A stretch of DNA of 64,000 nucleotides from contig JAWMAR010000351.1 in assembly GCA_036785375.1 (NCBI GenBank), positions 372,001 through 436,000 on the forward strand, written 5' to 3'. Both the position numbers and the translations under genes were made by a program. Source of the stretch: Leucoraja ocellata (lineage: Eukaryota). The notes beneath the pieces are model-generated. The model saw only the letters and a program-made list of their open reading frames with translations. It was not told the DNA's origin and did not search any database. Positions 1-13,700 of the stretch are shown in pieces (position 1 is the first letter of the stretch; every line of letters begins with the position of its first letter).

Positions 1-1521
1 GGTAGCATCTATGGACAGGTGGTCAATGTTTTAAGTAAAAAACATCCTTTGTCTGTCGACTTACTGCCTGACCTGCTCAGTGTATAGAATCTTTTCTGTT
101 TTTATTTTGGATTTCTAGCATATACAATTGTATATACAATATACAATAGCATATACACTTTGTTTTGTTTTATATCCTGCTCGTCATAATTCAGCTTTAA
201 GTATTCTACTTCTTCCATATTATACAATTATCTTTGATATATCTACTTTATGTCATGAAAACCCTTTGCAAGGGGTCATCTTGTTTTTATAACTTTTTCA
301 AAGAGGGATTGGATTGCTGACCTAAGGTGAATATGATGCAGTCAGTCTGGCATGTCAAATTGTTTAAATAGCCTGAATCTGGAAATGGGACACAAGGATG
401 CTTCCAAATTTTCTGGCATCAATGTGCAATTGTATCCTTTAAAGCCTTCAATTAGGAGCTCAGTATTGAAGTTGGGATTGTGTTTGGCAAATCATTAGCA
501 GGAAGATTGTTGCTTTCATGACTAACACATGCTGTGCTTAATTAGAAAATATGATATTTAGGTTGTAATTCAGTATTAACGAACAAATTTGTAATGTAGT
601 CAAACATTGGCTTTTTGCTCATAATTTCTGTGATCAGTTACAGTAAAGATATTCATGAAAGTTATTTACCAAATACTGGAAAAAATGCATTTAAATTGTA
701 AGTTTAGAATCATCAATTAGTGGCTCCCAAGCCATGGATACAGCATGTGCACTACTGCATGGCAGTAAATATGACAAAGCATATGTATATCATGTTAAAT
801 GTTTTTAATTTTTTAATTTCTATGCCGCTTCTTGCAATTTAGAATTATCCTAAATGACTTTGCTGCTCATGTACTTAATGAAATGTAGAAGTCATGGTGG
901 TCAATTTGTATATGATATTGTACCATAAATGACTAGGATTTAATACCAATTAAGTTGACATTTTGCCAAATATCTTATTTGAAAACTTGTTGCTCTTTCA
1001 ATTATGAATTGGGGCATGTCTCATCTGAAAAGTAGGACCTAACAATACTGAAATAAAGTATCAGCTGAGATTTTGTTTTCTGTTTTTGAGCATGAGATAG
1101 AATCCCCTACTCTTCATGCTCAGAGACATGACTACTATCCGCTGAGTATGTGCTCATTCCAATTCTAATAATTTCATGTTTTAGTTTGGAGTCTCCCATC
1201 CATTTTAACACTAGATGCACCAGATATATTCTATTCTCTGACTTGTTGCCAGTTGAATTGGCCGCTAATAAGTGGAAAAGACTGGCCAATAAAAAGGTCA
1301 TTGTACCATTTCAACAGTTTGGTGATCTTCAGTTCTCTTATTCCTTTGTATGATCTCCCCTTCCTCAAGCAACCATAATCGAAACAAGAAAAGAAAAATT
1401 AAGCTAGGTTCTTTCATTTATTTGTTTCTCTCTAGCAGTCGATGATCAGTTGGTGAATCATTATCATTACTTCTACCTTAAATTCAATAGACAAAAGGTA
1501 ATATTTTGTTGTCCTCCACAG

Positions 1522-1731
1522 GAAACATTTGATGCTGGACTGCAAGCTTTCCAACAGGAGGGGATTACTAACATTACAGCTCTGAAGGATCAGTTACTGG
1601 CAGCTAAACACATTCAGTCCAAAGCCATTGAAGCACGTCATGCTTCATTAATGAAAAGATGGAATCAGCTGTTGGCCAATTCAGGTGAAAGAAAGAAGAA
1701 ACTACTTGAAGCCCAGGAACATTTCAGAAAA
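1522..1731 (+). CDS. SPTAN1: SPTAN1 exon (ETFDAGL...QEHFRK)
   Basis: ccacag|GAA ... AAA|gtaaat; 210 nt. Confidence 0.95.
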
Positions 1732-4700
1732 GTAAATAATTTTAAAATTCTTGTCTCCATGTATACCATTTATGAAGGGCTTTAGTAGAGCAAATGGGAA
1801 GGGATCTGTTTGCCCTAGCTGAAGGACTTAAAAAGTAACGGGTATAGATTTACAGTAATTGATGGAAAGTGAGAGACGTGATGAGGAAACAGTTCATCAT
1901 GAGAGAATGGTGGAGGTGGAAAACTACCGGATGGGTGGTTGTAGCAGAATCGCCTGCAACTTTTTAAGTGCCTAGATATGTATTTGAAGAACTGTTACTC
2001 AGAGCTACAGACAGAGCAGTGCTGGAAGGAAAAGAGATTGGGTTGGATAACTCTCTTTCAACTGGCACAGACACACTATCCTTGTGCCATAAGGTTCCAG
2101 TGATTTTAAGTATGCATTTTTGTATGGTTTAAAATTGGAGCAATTTATACATGTAACCTCAAAGGCTTGTTTACTGACTATCTTTTCCACAGCTTGAAGA
2201 TCTCTTCTTGACCTTTGCTAAGAAAGCTTCAGCCTTTAACAGTTGGTTTGAGAATGCCGAGGAGGACCTCACAGATCCTGTGCGATGCAACTCACTGGAG
2301 GAGATAAAGGCCCTGCGTGAGGCTCACGAGGCTTTCCGCTCGTCTTTGAGCTCAGCCCAGACCGATTTCAACCAGCTGGCTGAGCTTGATCGTCAGATCA
2401 AGAGTTACCGGATGTTTTCTAATCCCTACACCTGGTTCACTATGGAAGCCCTGGAGGAGACTTGGAGAAACTTGCAGAAAATCATAAAGGTATGTGTACA
2501 TTGTCTTTAAATGTAAAGGGTGGGGGGTGAAATAAGATCAAGAATTAGCAGATGTGTCGGCCATTTGGAATTTTAACCCATATTACAATTCCATAATAAC
2601 AGCAGATTTTCTCTACCCTGTTTCTTTCCCTAAAAAAATAAACAAATAAAATGATGTGTTTCGAATGTACTTACTGACTTGGGGAATTGCGGTGCACCAA
2701 CAGTTCTGGAGATCAATAACCAACCTTTTATGAGAGAAAGCCCTAGTTCTAGATTCCTCACATATCCTTGCCACATGTATCCAAATGTGATTATATATAT
2801 ATTTTTTAATTCTTTCAATAAATTACTTGTCAATCTGGAAAGCTATGGATCTTTCCAAGTGGCATTCGCAACATTTTATGAGATGGCAAACTCAAAACTA
2901 TTGGGGTACTACAAATGTCCCTCATGCAAACATTGCAACTATCACCAACTTGGGTAAGGGAGTAAGTTTAATGCATCCAGGTTAAACTAATCATACAAAG
3001 CTAGCTGAGGAAATAAACTGTGCCAAGGATGCAAATGCTCTTTAGGGATAAAGGATGAGTAATTGTGGCAGAGGTGTGGCAGAACAAGACAGCCTTACAG
3101 TAGGACAACCAATATGCTGAGCTTATCTTTTGTGAACTTTCCAAGTTGATTACCTCAATGTTGTTATAGCCCATTGGTGCACCCGGGTTGGGAACACTGG
3201 TACAGGTTACTGTAAAGGTAAACCATTGCTGTGATATAATGCTATCCCACAAATCTGTGTAGAATTATTTTTCATAAATGAAATTTAAAATCCTGTTGCT
3301 AGTTTCAGTAGTAATGCATTATTTTCCTCCAAACAGACCCACCTCATCTGAGCCTTTGCTGGCCTTCTAATCTGTTCTTATTCCTTCCAGAGTGTTGCTA
3401 TTTATCAAAGTAATTTTCTGCAGGTGGTAATATCCATTCTTTTTTTACTGGATGGGAGAATTAGAGTCGTTTTTTTCACCTGCTTTACTCTCAGTGTAGT
3501 ATTCTTCAGAGCTGTTGATCATCTTGTTTTTTTAATAATTATTATTCATTAAGTTTAATGAATAATAATTCATTTTGCCCTTGCTCTGTCACACTAAGTG
3601 AATTTTATTGGTCACTTAACAGGAACGAGAGATGGAATTGCAGAAGGAACAGAGACGCCAAGAAGAGAATGATAAATTACGTCAGGAGTTTGCCCAACAT
3701 GCAAATACATTCCACCAGTGGCTGCAGGAAACAAGGTGAGGTGTCCCTCTAGTTACTTCTCACTGTTCTGCAATGTTAAAATTTGAACAGACAAAATATT
3801 TGTAATGTTGGGGATTGTTTCATATATAAAACACGTGACCAAGCTGTGCGAAAAGGGCCCATTTATAATATGTTGGTATCCAGACCAACATATCATTACT
3901 TTCACATTAGAGCTGGATATTATCAATTAGAAAATGGGAATTTGGTACTCTCTCCTTCCAAAATGCTGTTATGGCTACAAATTATACAAAAATGTTAAAA
4001 CAACTAAATAGATTTGGGTAATTATATTGAGGTAAGATGTTCTAATAAAGATCACCCACTATGAACTGCATGCTGCAGGGCTTTGCGAAGATTAACCTCT
4101 CTTCCTGTGTGGCTTTTAGCCCTTCGCAGTGGATAAAGGACAGCAGGACACAAGTGGAATCTGATCCATCTTTGTATAAGACCATAAAGCAGTTGTCACT
4201 GGCCAGAAGAAACCTTGGCTGAATTTCTCCCAGTTACACTTGATGAAGCCAATATAATTGGTGGAATCTGGTTCATCTTAATTCAGAAGGGCGGCACCAT
4301 GGTGCAGCAGGTAGAGCAGCTGCCTCGCAGCGCCAAAGACCCAGGTTCATTCCTGACCTTGGATGCTGTCAGTGTGGAATTTGCATTCTCCCTGTGACCG
4401 TGTGTGTTTCCTCCGGGTGCTCTGGTTCACCCTCATTCCAAAGATGTGCTGGTTTGTTGGTTGTAAATTGCTCCCAGTGTGCAGGGAGTGGACGAGAAGC
4501 GGGATAATATAGAACTAGTGTGCTGGGGTAAGGGTTGGTCATCATGGACTCAGTGGGCTGAAGGCCCTGTTTCCATGCTGCACGACAAAAACAAAAAGTA
4601 AACTGGCTGGTTTTCCGACATAAATGCATTATTCATGTGATTTAATTAATCTGGTGTAAGTTGTGATTATTAAACTTTTTTCTTTAAAATATTGCTGAAG

Positions 4701-7700
4701 AAATAATTGCTACATTTCCTTGGTTATGAAGAATCATGAAGACGTTTCATGCAGAATACCATGCAGTCTTTGGATCTTTATGGCTGTGCTTGCTCCACAT
4801 GGGGCTGTCTGCTAGAAACCCTCCACTTTGTCTCAGCTTTTTAAGCATTTCTTTAATTCTGTCGTAAATGCCGTGGTCAACCCTTTGAAATGTCTTCCAG
4901 CCTCTGAAATATTGAGCACTTGTCAAACGTTTCTATGATGTTGTGTAACTCTGCCGTTGCTTTAAATGGTGTTAACTAATGTTTATTACATGATGATGAA
5001 TTTGCAATTTAATGTTGATTAATGAATTTTGTTGTTCTCTCCTTGTAAAATCCTGGAATTTCTGCTTCTTCTCCTGCTGCCTGATGTTTGGATGCTGTCT
5101 ACAGGACATACCTACTGGATGGGTTAATATTGCTTTTTGTTTTGTACTTTGCTGTGATATTGTCTGCCTCTTGCCTGTTGCTTTCTTTTGACTTGTGGTG
5201 GGAGAAGGTGATGAGAATGTTAACAAACTGACAATCAAGGCCAAAACCCATTGATGTAAATCATTTTATTCAATCAGTAGAAAAAAAGTCAGATCTGAAA
5301 ATGGAGATTTGCACCTGGGTCTTTCCCACCATTTACGGTTCTTGTTAATAATAGAATTAAAGGAAGGGGCATTTTCTCGTTGAGACAATGATTTCCACCC
5401 ATAATTAAAAATAAAATGCAGTTTTTCAACGATATTGATCCAAAATTAATATTCTGTGGATTCCGGAAATTTTATATTTAAAAAAAATAAAAAATACTAC
5501 AGCAAGTCTGAAAGAGAAACTAAGTTAATTTTTCAGGTTAATCTTTAATTGGCATTGTTATTTATCAGAATTATTGACTCTTTTATTGTGTTTTGCATAT
5601 ATGTGTCAATTACTGTCAGTCTTGGGCATTAATTGACAGACATAATGAAATATCAGTAGCGTCCCAGTTTGTAAAGTTCTGTTAAAAGTGTAAAGATTGG
5701 AGTCTGATGCCTACTGAAGATAGTGTGTTTGAGGTTGAGGATTAGCTAACATTGCCTGGACATTGGGAGTCATGCTGACCCTTTTGAAACTGCACATGTC
5801 ATGTTTAGAGTGAAATCCCAGAATTTGCTGTTCAATGGGTGATTTACATTTTGAGTGAGGGGTCGACATGGATTTTTTAAAGGTGCAGCAGATTTAAACA
5901 TTGTTTCTGTAGAGAGAAGCAGGAAATTGTGTAGATCAGTGAATAATTCATTTCAACCTTTTGGCATAAGTAAAAAAATACGAATACTGCAGATTCTTAG
6001 TAATTTCATAATTTTGAGAGGGCACGTGAAATGTTTTCATTTTAAAATTTTAATGTAATGAAAAGACTGAACTATCTATTAAAGTGGAGGGGAGGTGGGC
6101 TTCCTAAAAGCTCAGGTCAAAAGATGAGTTTTGTGGAGACTTTTAAAGATAGAAAAGATTAGTAGGAGAGATGCAAATGTGAGTGGGTTTTACATTTTCA
6201 GACTGGAGTGTGTTGGTTGCATCAGTTGGATAAATCAAATACAGAAGCAGTTTGTTAGCAAGGATATTTAAATCACTGAATTGTGAGCAGAGCCAGAATG
6301 ATGAATGAAAGTTGCCCCTACATAAGACAGGTTTGGGTAACTGCAAAAATGCTGCTTTTCGTAAACACGATAGTTAAAGCAGTTGAACTATGTAGCCCTA
6401 CTATCCTTGTTTGAGATTACAATTCTAACTCTGAAACCCTCTGACTTTTCACATGAGCATGGAGGAAATTGTATTTCAACATGACTTTCCGTTCTGAACT
6501 CATTTTTATATTTGTGTTCTTTCTTTTCCAATCTTGTCGTCTTTTTCCTATTAGCATAGCGTACCGTCGTGTCATTCATGTCTATCAGTATGAAGTTGGG
6601 GATGATCTGGCTGGAAGGTTTTTCTTTCTTCCTCATTTTTGTGTTGTTTGTAACGCACTTGCTTACTTGCCAACTGAATGGCTTTTTCCTCCGGTACTAA
6701 TGTCACTGCTATAAGCTCACAGCTTTTGTTCATTTTCCAAAGGACAGGGCTTTTTGGGTAAATATTTGTGTGGCTTTATGATGCTGCTGCTGGCATCCTG
6801 ATTTGGTCTGACATTGCGTGGAGTAACTGTGATGGTGGATCCCAGTTGCCTTTTTGCCTGAGGCATAAATGACCGTGGGATCTGTGTCATGGAGATTTAA
6901 TGTGGACATCTTTTTGTTTGTAAAACTTCTTGTCTGAAACTGACATCCTGGACGCCCGCAAATAGTCAGCACAATCTTGTTGACACATTATTTTGGGTGC
7001 AATCTATTCAGAAACCCTTTTTAATGTTCATTTAGTGGCAGTTATGTCACCATTGCTTCCAAATTCTAGTTATTCTTGAAGGTGGTGTTTTTTTTTGATA
7101 AACGTGCAGATCTAAACTGCAGTCAGGAGCGTGAAGCCTGTCTGATTAGTTTTCAGATCGTACCACCCATGACGTGGTACCTTGCATGCAGCCGTTCCAA
7201 GTGCCAAGCTACTTTCTGCTACCATATCTGAGGTTACATAGTGCAGCCCAATTGAACTTGGAATCTTGCTGTTTATAGATTTTAAGTTGTTCAAATAATA
7301 ATTTGGGGGAATGCTTGCAAACCCAAGCCCAGATGGCATGTGTGTAGCCATCTTGTCTTGCACATGGCCCATGAGACTTAATTTGATTCAAGGTTTTTTT
7401 CATCCTAGATTGTTTATACATTGGTTAAGACCTGAGGGCCAATTTTGAAACGGATAATTAAAACATTAAGGTGGCTCCTCTATTTACGCAATCAAGTTAA
7501 TTCTCTGAGCTCCCAAATTGTTTTATCCAGTTGCTCTGAATGCACGACTATGAGTGTCTGCATCTCCACTCACAGATAATCCTCATTGGATAACTTATCG
7601 CAGCGACTCTAGCTCACTTTCAGCTTGGCCGTTTCAAGGGTTGTGATCTTATACTTTGATAACTGGGTGATTCCTTTGCTTGCATAGGACATAAGAGATG

Positions 7701-10700
7701 GAACTTGTGGATCTTGACTGCATAATGAAAGAATCAAAGTTTTGAAGGATGGCTTCCATTGTGGGTGGATGTCACGGTAGTGACATTATGCTTTTGGATT
7801 CATTGATGGCTCTTAAATAACATTTTTTTTTTTACTACCATTGTCCTTAGTTTTGTTGGGACTGATTGCACCCTGTTTTGTACAGCTCATTTAAGAGGGA
7901 ATATTAATTTAAATAAATATATTCACCTAGAATGGAGATTCTCTTGTGATATCATCAATGTATATATACAGTGCCTTCCATAATGTTTGGGACAAAGACC
8001 CACCATTTATTTATTTGCCTCTGTACTCCACAATTTGTGATTTGTAATAGAAAAAAAAATCACATGTGGTTAAAGTGCACATTTGTTATATAGGCCATTT
8101 TTATACATTTTGGTTTCACCATGTAGAAATTACAGCAGTGTTTATGAAAGTAATCATGTTTAGTATTTTGTTGCATATCCTTTGCATGCAATGACTTTGA
8201 AGTCTGCGATTCATGGACATCACCAGTTGCTGAGTGTCTTCTCTGGTGATGCTCTGCCAGGCCTATATTGCAGCCATCTTTAGCTTGTGCTTGTTTTGGG
8301 GGCAAGTCCCCTTCAGTTTTCTCTTCAGCATACAAAAGGCATGCTCAATTGGGTTCAGATTGGGTGATTGACTTGGCCACTCAAGAATTGCCATCACACT
8401 GATATGTTAATCTTCGTCTCATTTGTCCACAAGACCTTTTTCCAGTACTGTGGTTGTTCTTTTAAGAACTTCTTGGCAAACTAACCTGGCCATCCTATTT
8501 TTGCGGCTAACCAGTGGTTTGCATCTTGCAGTGTAGTCTCTGTATTTCTGTTCATGAAGTCTTTTTCAGACAGTGGTCATTGACAAATCCACACCCGACT
8601 CCTGAAAAATGTTTCTGATCTGTCGGACAGGTGTTTGGGGATTTTTCTTTATTATAGAGAGAATTCTTCTGTCATCAGCTGTGGAGGTCTTCCTTGGCCT
8701 GCCAGTCCCTTTGCGATTAGTAAGCTCACCAGTGCTCCCTTTCTTCTTAATGATGTCCCAAACAGTTGACTTTGGTAAGCCTAAGGTTTGGTGGATGTCT
8801 CTAACAGTTTTATTCTTGTTTCTCAGTCTCATAATGGCCTCTTTGACATTCACTGGCACAACTTTGGTCCTCATGTTGATAAACAGCAATAAAGGTTTCC
8901 ATAGGTGATGGAAAGACGGAAGGAAAGCCTAGGTGCTGAGAGCTCTCTTATACCTGTATTGATGAAGCAAACACACCTGAGCAATTACAAACACCTGTGA
9001 AGCCATATGTCCCAAACATTATGGTGCCCTGAAATGGGGGGACAATATATAAACACAGCTGTAATTTCTACATGGTGAAACCAAAAAGTAATAAAATCTG
9101 ACAATGTGCACTTTAACCACATGTGATTTATTTTCTATCACAAATCTCAAATTGTGGAGTACAGAGGCAAATAAATAAATGATGGGTCTTTGTCCCAAAC
9201 ATTATGGAGGGCACTGTAGCTAAAGCAGCATGTACACTTGAAACCAAACTGCTACATGGAATCAGATTTTTTTAAACAACATACACAAGGGTTTTGCTTT
9301 AGCCAAACTTAATTTTCCGTTGGTTTATATGGGCTTTACTTCCAGGAAGGAACATTTCATCTGGAACTTAATTAAATTTGTTAAATAAACAAATGGTGAA
9401 GCTGGTTTAGAGTCGCAGCCGTAAAAGTCTATTTGCCTACTTCAAAATTAATTCACATATCTAGATGCCACACTTACTGACATACAATTTTTTAATGATT
9501 ATTTGCACTTTATTTTATGTCGCACCTTCTGTGATTTGGAACAATAATCTTCTCGGCTCCTACCTTTGTTCTGCATGGTCCAGTTATTAGGAATTTATGA
9601 CCAAGGCCTTGTGACACTTGCCCTTTTATTACTGATTGCCTGAGATAACTGGGAACTACAAAATGTAGAAGGGCTTCTATCCTAACACTTCCTTTAAAAA
9701 AGCTTGTCTGCAATATTCTTTATAACTGGATCATTCCAATAATATTGGTATATCTCAGTTGATTCTACCATTGATCATCAGGAATGAATATAAAATTTAC
9801 TTTATTAGTTTGGAGAAAGAACATTGAGTTGCAAACGTCACATTGGTGCAGATTGAAGAGTATGACTTCAAACAAAGTCCTTCTCTTTCTTTCTCCCACA
9901 TCATTCCATCTATCTGTAGATTTGCCCTTTACCGCAACTATCTCTTCCTGGGTCTTAGGATTTAGCTCTACTCGAGCACCTTTGGTGGTGCAGCCACCTC
10001 AGCTCCAGGGACACAAGTTTGATCCTTATCTCCTATCTGCGTGGAGTTTGCACGTTTTCTGTGTCAATGTAATGGTTCTTGTTGGATGCTCTGGTTTCCA
10101 CTCTCATCCCAGGACATGCTAGTAGTTTATAATAGGCTACTGTAAAATACCCCCTAGTTGTGGGTAAATGGCTTAAAAATCAAAAGGATTTTGATTTTCC
10201 CTGTAGCCGTCTGTCATGTTCTGGGTATGAGAGAATAAGTTGCACAGCTGCAGAGGAAAATAGGAAGCAGGGATGCATCTGATGAGAATGCTCTGCTGGT
10301 AGTTGGTGCTGACATGGTAAGCTGGATGGCCTTGCATGTTTTAATAAATATGTTAATGAATTTAGGTTCTCCAACTTTCATTTCTAAAAGCCTGAGTATT
10401 GTTGGAAAACTTGGCTTACCCTGACTGACATATAACCTTTGTGGAACAGGAGCAGATTTATATTAGAAACTAAATGGCAGCCAAGTCTTTGTAGTCAACT
10501 TTGCTACAGCACATGCTGCACATTAAAACAGAGAATGGCGAAAATCAGATTAATGAAGGGAACAGATCATTTACATGCAGAGAAGCAGAGCACTTCCTGT
10601 CAGATTACAGAATTGTGAATCAAGTTGAGTTTTCTAGCGTTGCCTTTACAAATAAAAGCATTTTCTAAAACTGTAGGTTTGCAGCCTTATGAGTGACAGT

Positions 10701-13700
10701 TGTGAATATTGAATATGACCACCTTTTCTTGATTTTTGGAAAGAAGCAATGCCGGAGTAACTCAGCGGGTCAGGCAGCATTCCTGGAGAACATGGATAGG
10801 CGACTTTTTGAGTTGGGACCCTTCATCAGACCAATAGTCTGAAAAAGGATCCAGACTCAAAACATCCACCTATACATGTTCTCCAGGGATGCTGCCTGAC
10901 CCGCTGAGTTACTTCAGCATTTTGTCTCATCCTGTGATAAGCCAGCATCTGTAGTTCCATGTTTCTACTTTCTTTGATAATTAGGTTAGTTCTTTTGAAT
11001 AAATGTAATCTTTTTCAAAGTAGAAGAGGCCACTAACCTTGTTAAATTAAATCATGAAAGTTCAATGAACTTGTGCCTTATATTAGAGAGTTTACAATGT
11101 TAATTTTCAGGAGAATTAGATTTAGCTCTTAGGACTAAGAGAATTGAGGGATATGGGGAAAAAGCTAGAACTGATTTTGGATGATCATATTGAATGGCAG
11201 TGCTGGCTCGAAGGGCCGAATGGCCTACTCCTGCACCTATTTTCTATGTTTCTAGAGCTTGTGTAATTGTTTTAAAATAATTAATTTAAACTGAGAAACC
11301 AATCAGTGACCTGCCTTTTAGTTCTAGAATTGAAATTGCTATTTATCCGAGCATGACATTTCCTAGAATTTATTTTTAAAGGTGAATTATCTTAATAATG
11401 GCACACCTTCATTAGCTCATTTTATAATTGTGTTCAACCTGCACATCAGGTCTTGCATGGTGGAGGAATCGGGAACACTGGAGTCACAGCTGGAGGCAAC
11501 CAAGGTATGGCAAGTTTCATTCTCTAAATATTGAATTATATAGATAAGGGAGGGATACTGAATACTCAGAACTGAAAGGAGATGTTTTGAAAGATTTATG
11601 AATCAGTACTACAAGGAGAAAGATTTTTGGATTTGGAAATTACTATTTGTCTTAGTAATGAGGACAAATTGGGAAATGTTTTGTTTGCATGGAATCATTA
11701 TAACATGGGATGTTTTTCAAGTTATTAAATGAATTGAATAACAATTTTGAGAGTTAAGGTGAGCTGAAATTACGTCAAACTGCTGTCTCTTTTGTTCTTG
11801 TTTCAGCGGTTTTTCAAAAAATCTCGAATCATTTGAGAGATAATTTCTTTACCTGTTACTATTCGTTTTACTTTTTACCCCAATCCCAAAAAGGAACCCA
11901 TCGAATCTGTCCGATTTCACACTTAAAATCGGTTTGATTGTTATTTTCTATTAAAATGGTGCCTTTCAGAAATTATAAACTTGTGGTATGCAATTTCTCA
12001 TTTCCCATTGAGTTGTTTTGTCAACAATTGGTTACTCGTCAGAAGCTTTTCTCCTTCCTTGCACCCATTATAAAATAAATGGGTAAACTTGGTAGTGTAA
12101 CCACTGCAAAAAGTTGTGAACAGTGCCCAGTCCATCATCATTGGCTCTGACCTCCCCACCATCAAAGGGATTTATCCGAGTTGCTGCCTCAAAAAGGCAG
12201 CCGGCATAGTCAGAGACCCACACCATCCTGGCCACACACTCATTTCACCCCTGCCATCGAGAAGAAGGTACAGAAGCCTGAAAACTAACGTCCAGGTTCA
12301 GGAACAACTTCTTCCCTACAGCCATCAGGCTATTAAACATTACAACCTCAAATAAGCTCTGAACTACAATACTTATTATTATTATTATTACACTGCTATT
12401 GTCTGTTTTTTGAGTATGTTGTGTGTGTATATATTTGCATGTGTATATAATATATCTAATATATATAGAAAATATACACACACACGTGGGTATGGATATA
12501 TATGTGTACTTGTGGGGATGTGTGTATATATGCACACAACTTTTTTTCCGTCTCGTTTATCATATTGTTTACAGTACTATGTTTACATATTCTGTTGTGC
12601 TGCAACAAGTAAGAATGTCATTGTTCTATCTGGGACACATGACAATAAAACACTCTTGACTTATGCATCCTTGGTGTTGTTTGCATTCGGAATGTCATGA
12701 ATAATGTGGTTGCCCATTTACATTTGTGGTACCAATAAACTGTAATGACTCTTCCTTGCCTATAATGTCTTCATTCACAGAGAAAGCATCAGGAGATTCG
12801 AGCAATGAGAAGTCAATTGAAAAAGATTGAGGACCTAGGAGCAGCAATGGAGGAAGCATTGATCTTAGATAATAAGTACACGGAGCACAGCACTGTGGGG
12901 TTGGCACAGCAATGGGACCAATTGGATCAACTGGGCATGAGAATGCAACATAACCTGGAACAACAAATACAGGCCAGGTAAACAATTACAGTTTAAACTG
13001 TGAAGATCTTAAGTGGGTAGAGGAGGGCTGCAGGGAAGATTTTTTTTCCCACTACTTTTAGGTTGAGGAAGCTGGGTTGTTTTCCCATGGAGCAATAAAA
13101 GATTTGATAGATTGTGGTTTGGGAAAGGAGGCAAAGAAAAGCAGTTTCCATTACCTTGTTATACAAAGCCACATGTAGGGTTCTGAGTAGGGGATACGGG
13201 GTGGGGCTGAAGAATCTGAAAGCATTTAACCTCTCTGAATAATACGACTGATTTTAAAGGGAAATGAACAAGAGAAGTAAACTTGAAAGGTGCAAAGCAG
13301 GTGAAATAGTTTGTTTCAGCGCTGACAAGTTTTGATATGAAACTTGGCTAAGAACATGGCATTCGAAACCAAGCAGTTGGCTCCCTTGAAGTGTATCTTG
13401 AAGTAGGAAAACAGAAAAACACATCACCATTCCTTGACCATTTTCAATTTGCACTCAGCTGGTGTGGAAGTTGTATATATTTCAGAAAATTTAGATTGAT
13501 TTTTATATGTTATAGGAACACTACCGGTGTAACAGAGGAAGCTCTTAAAGAATTCAGCATGATGTTCAAGTAAGTGTGGGTTTCTTTTGGCCAATTTTGT
13601 TTTGTGAATTGTCACCGTGCTGACATGTTAACATTTTAATTTTTCTCCCAGGCATTTTGACAAGGACAAATCTGGACGACTGAATCATCAGGAATTTAAA

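Noticed and set aside
4289-4370. tRNA-like A/B boxes
   Set aside because: This is a SINE head with no complete cloverleaf.
12410-12700. Tyr/Ile/Cys-rich ORFs
   Set aside because: Translations of the TA/CA microsatellite in a LINE 3' UTR.
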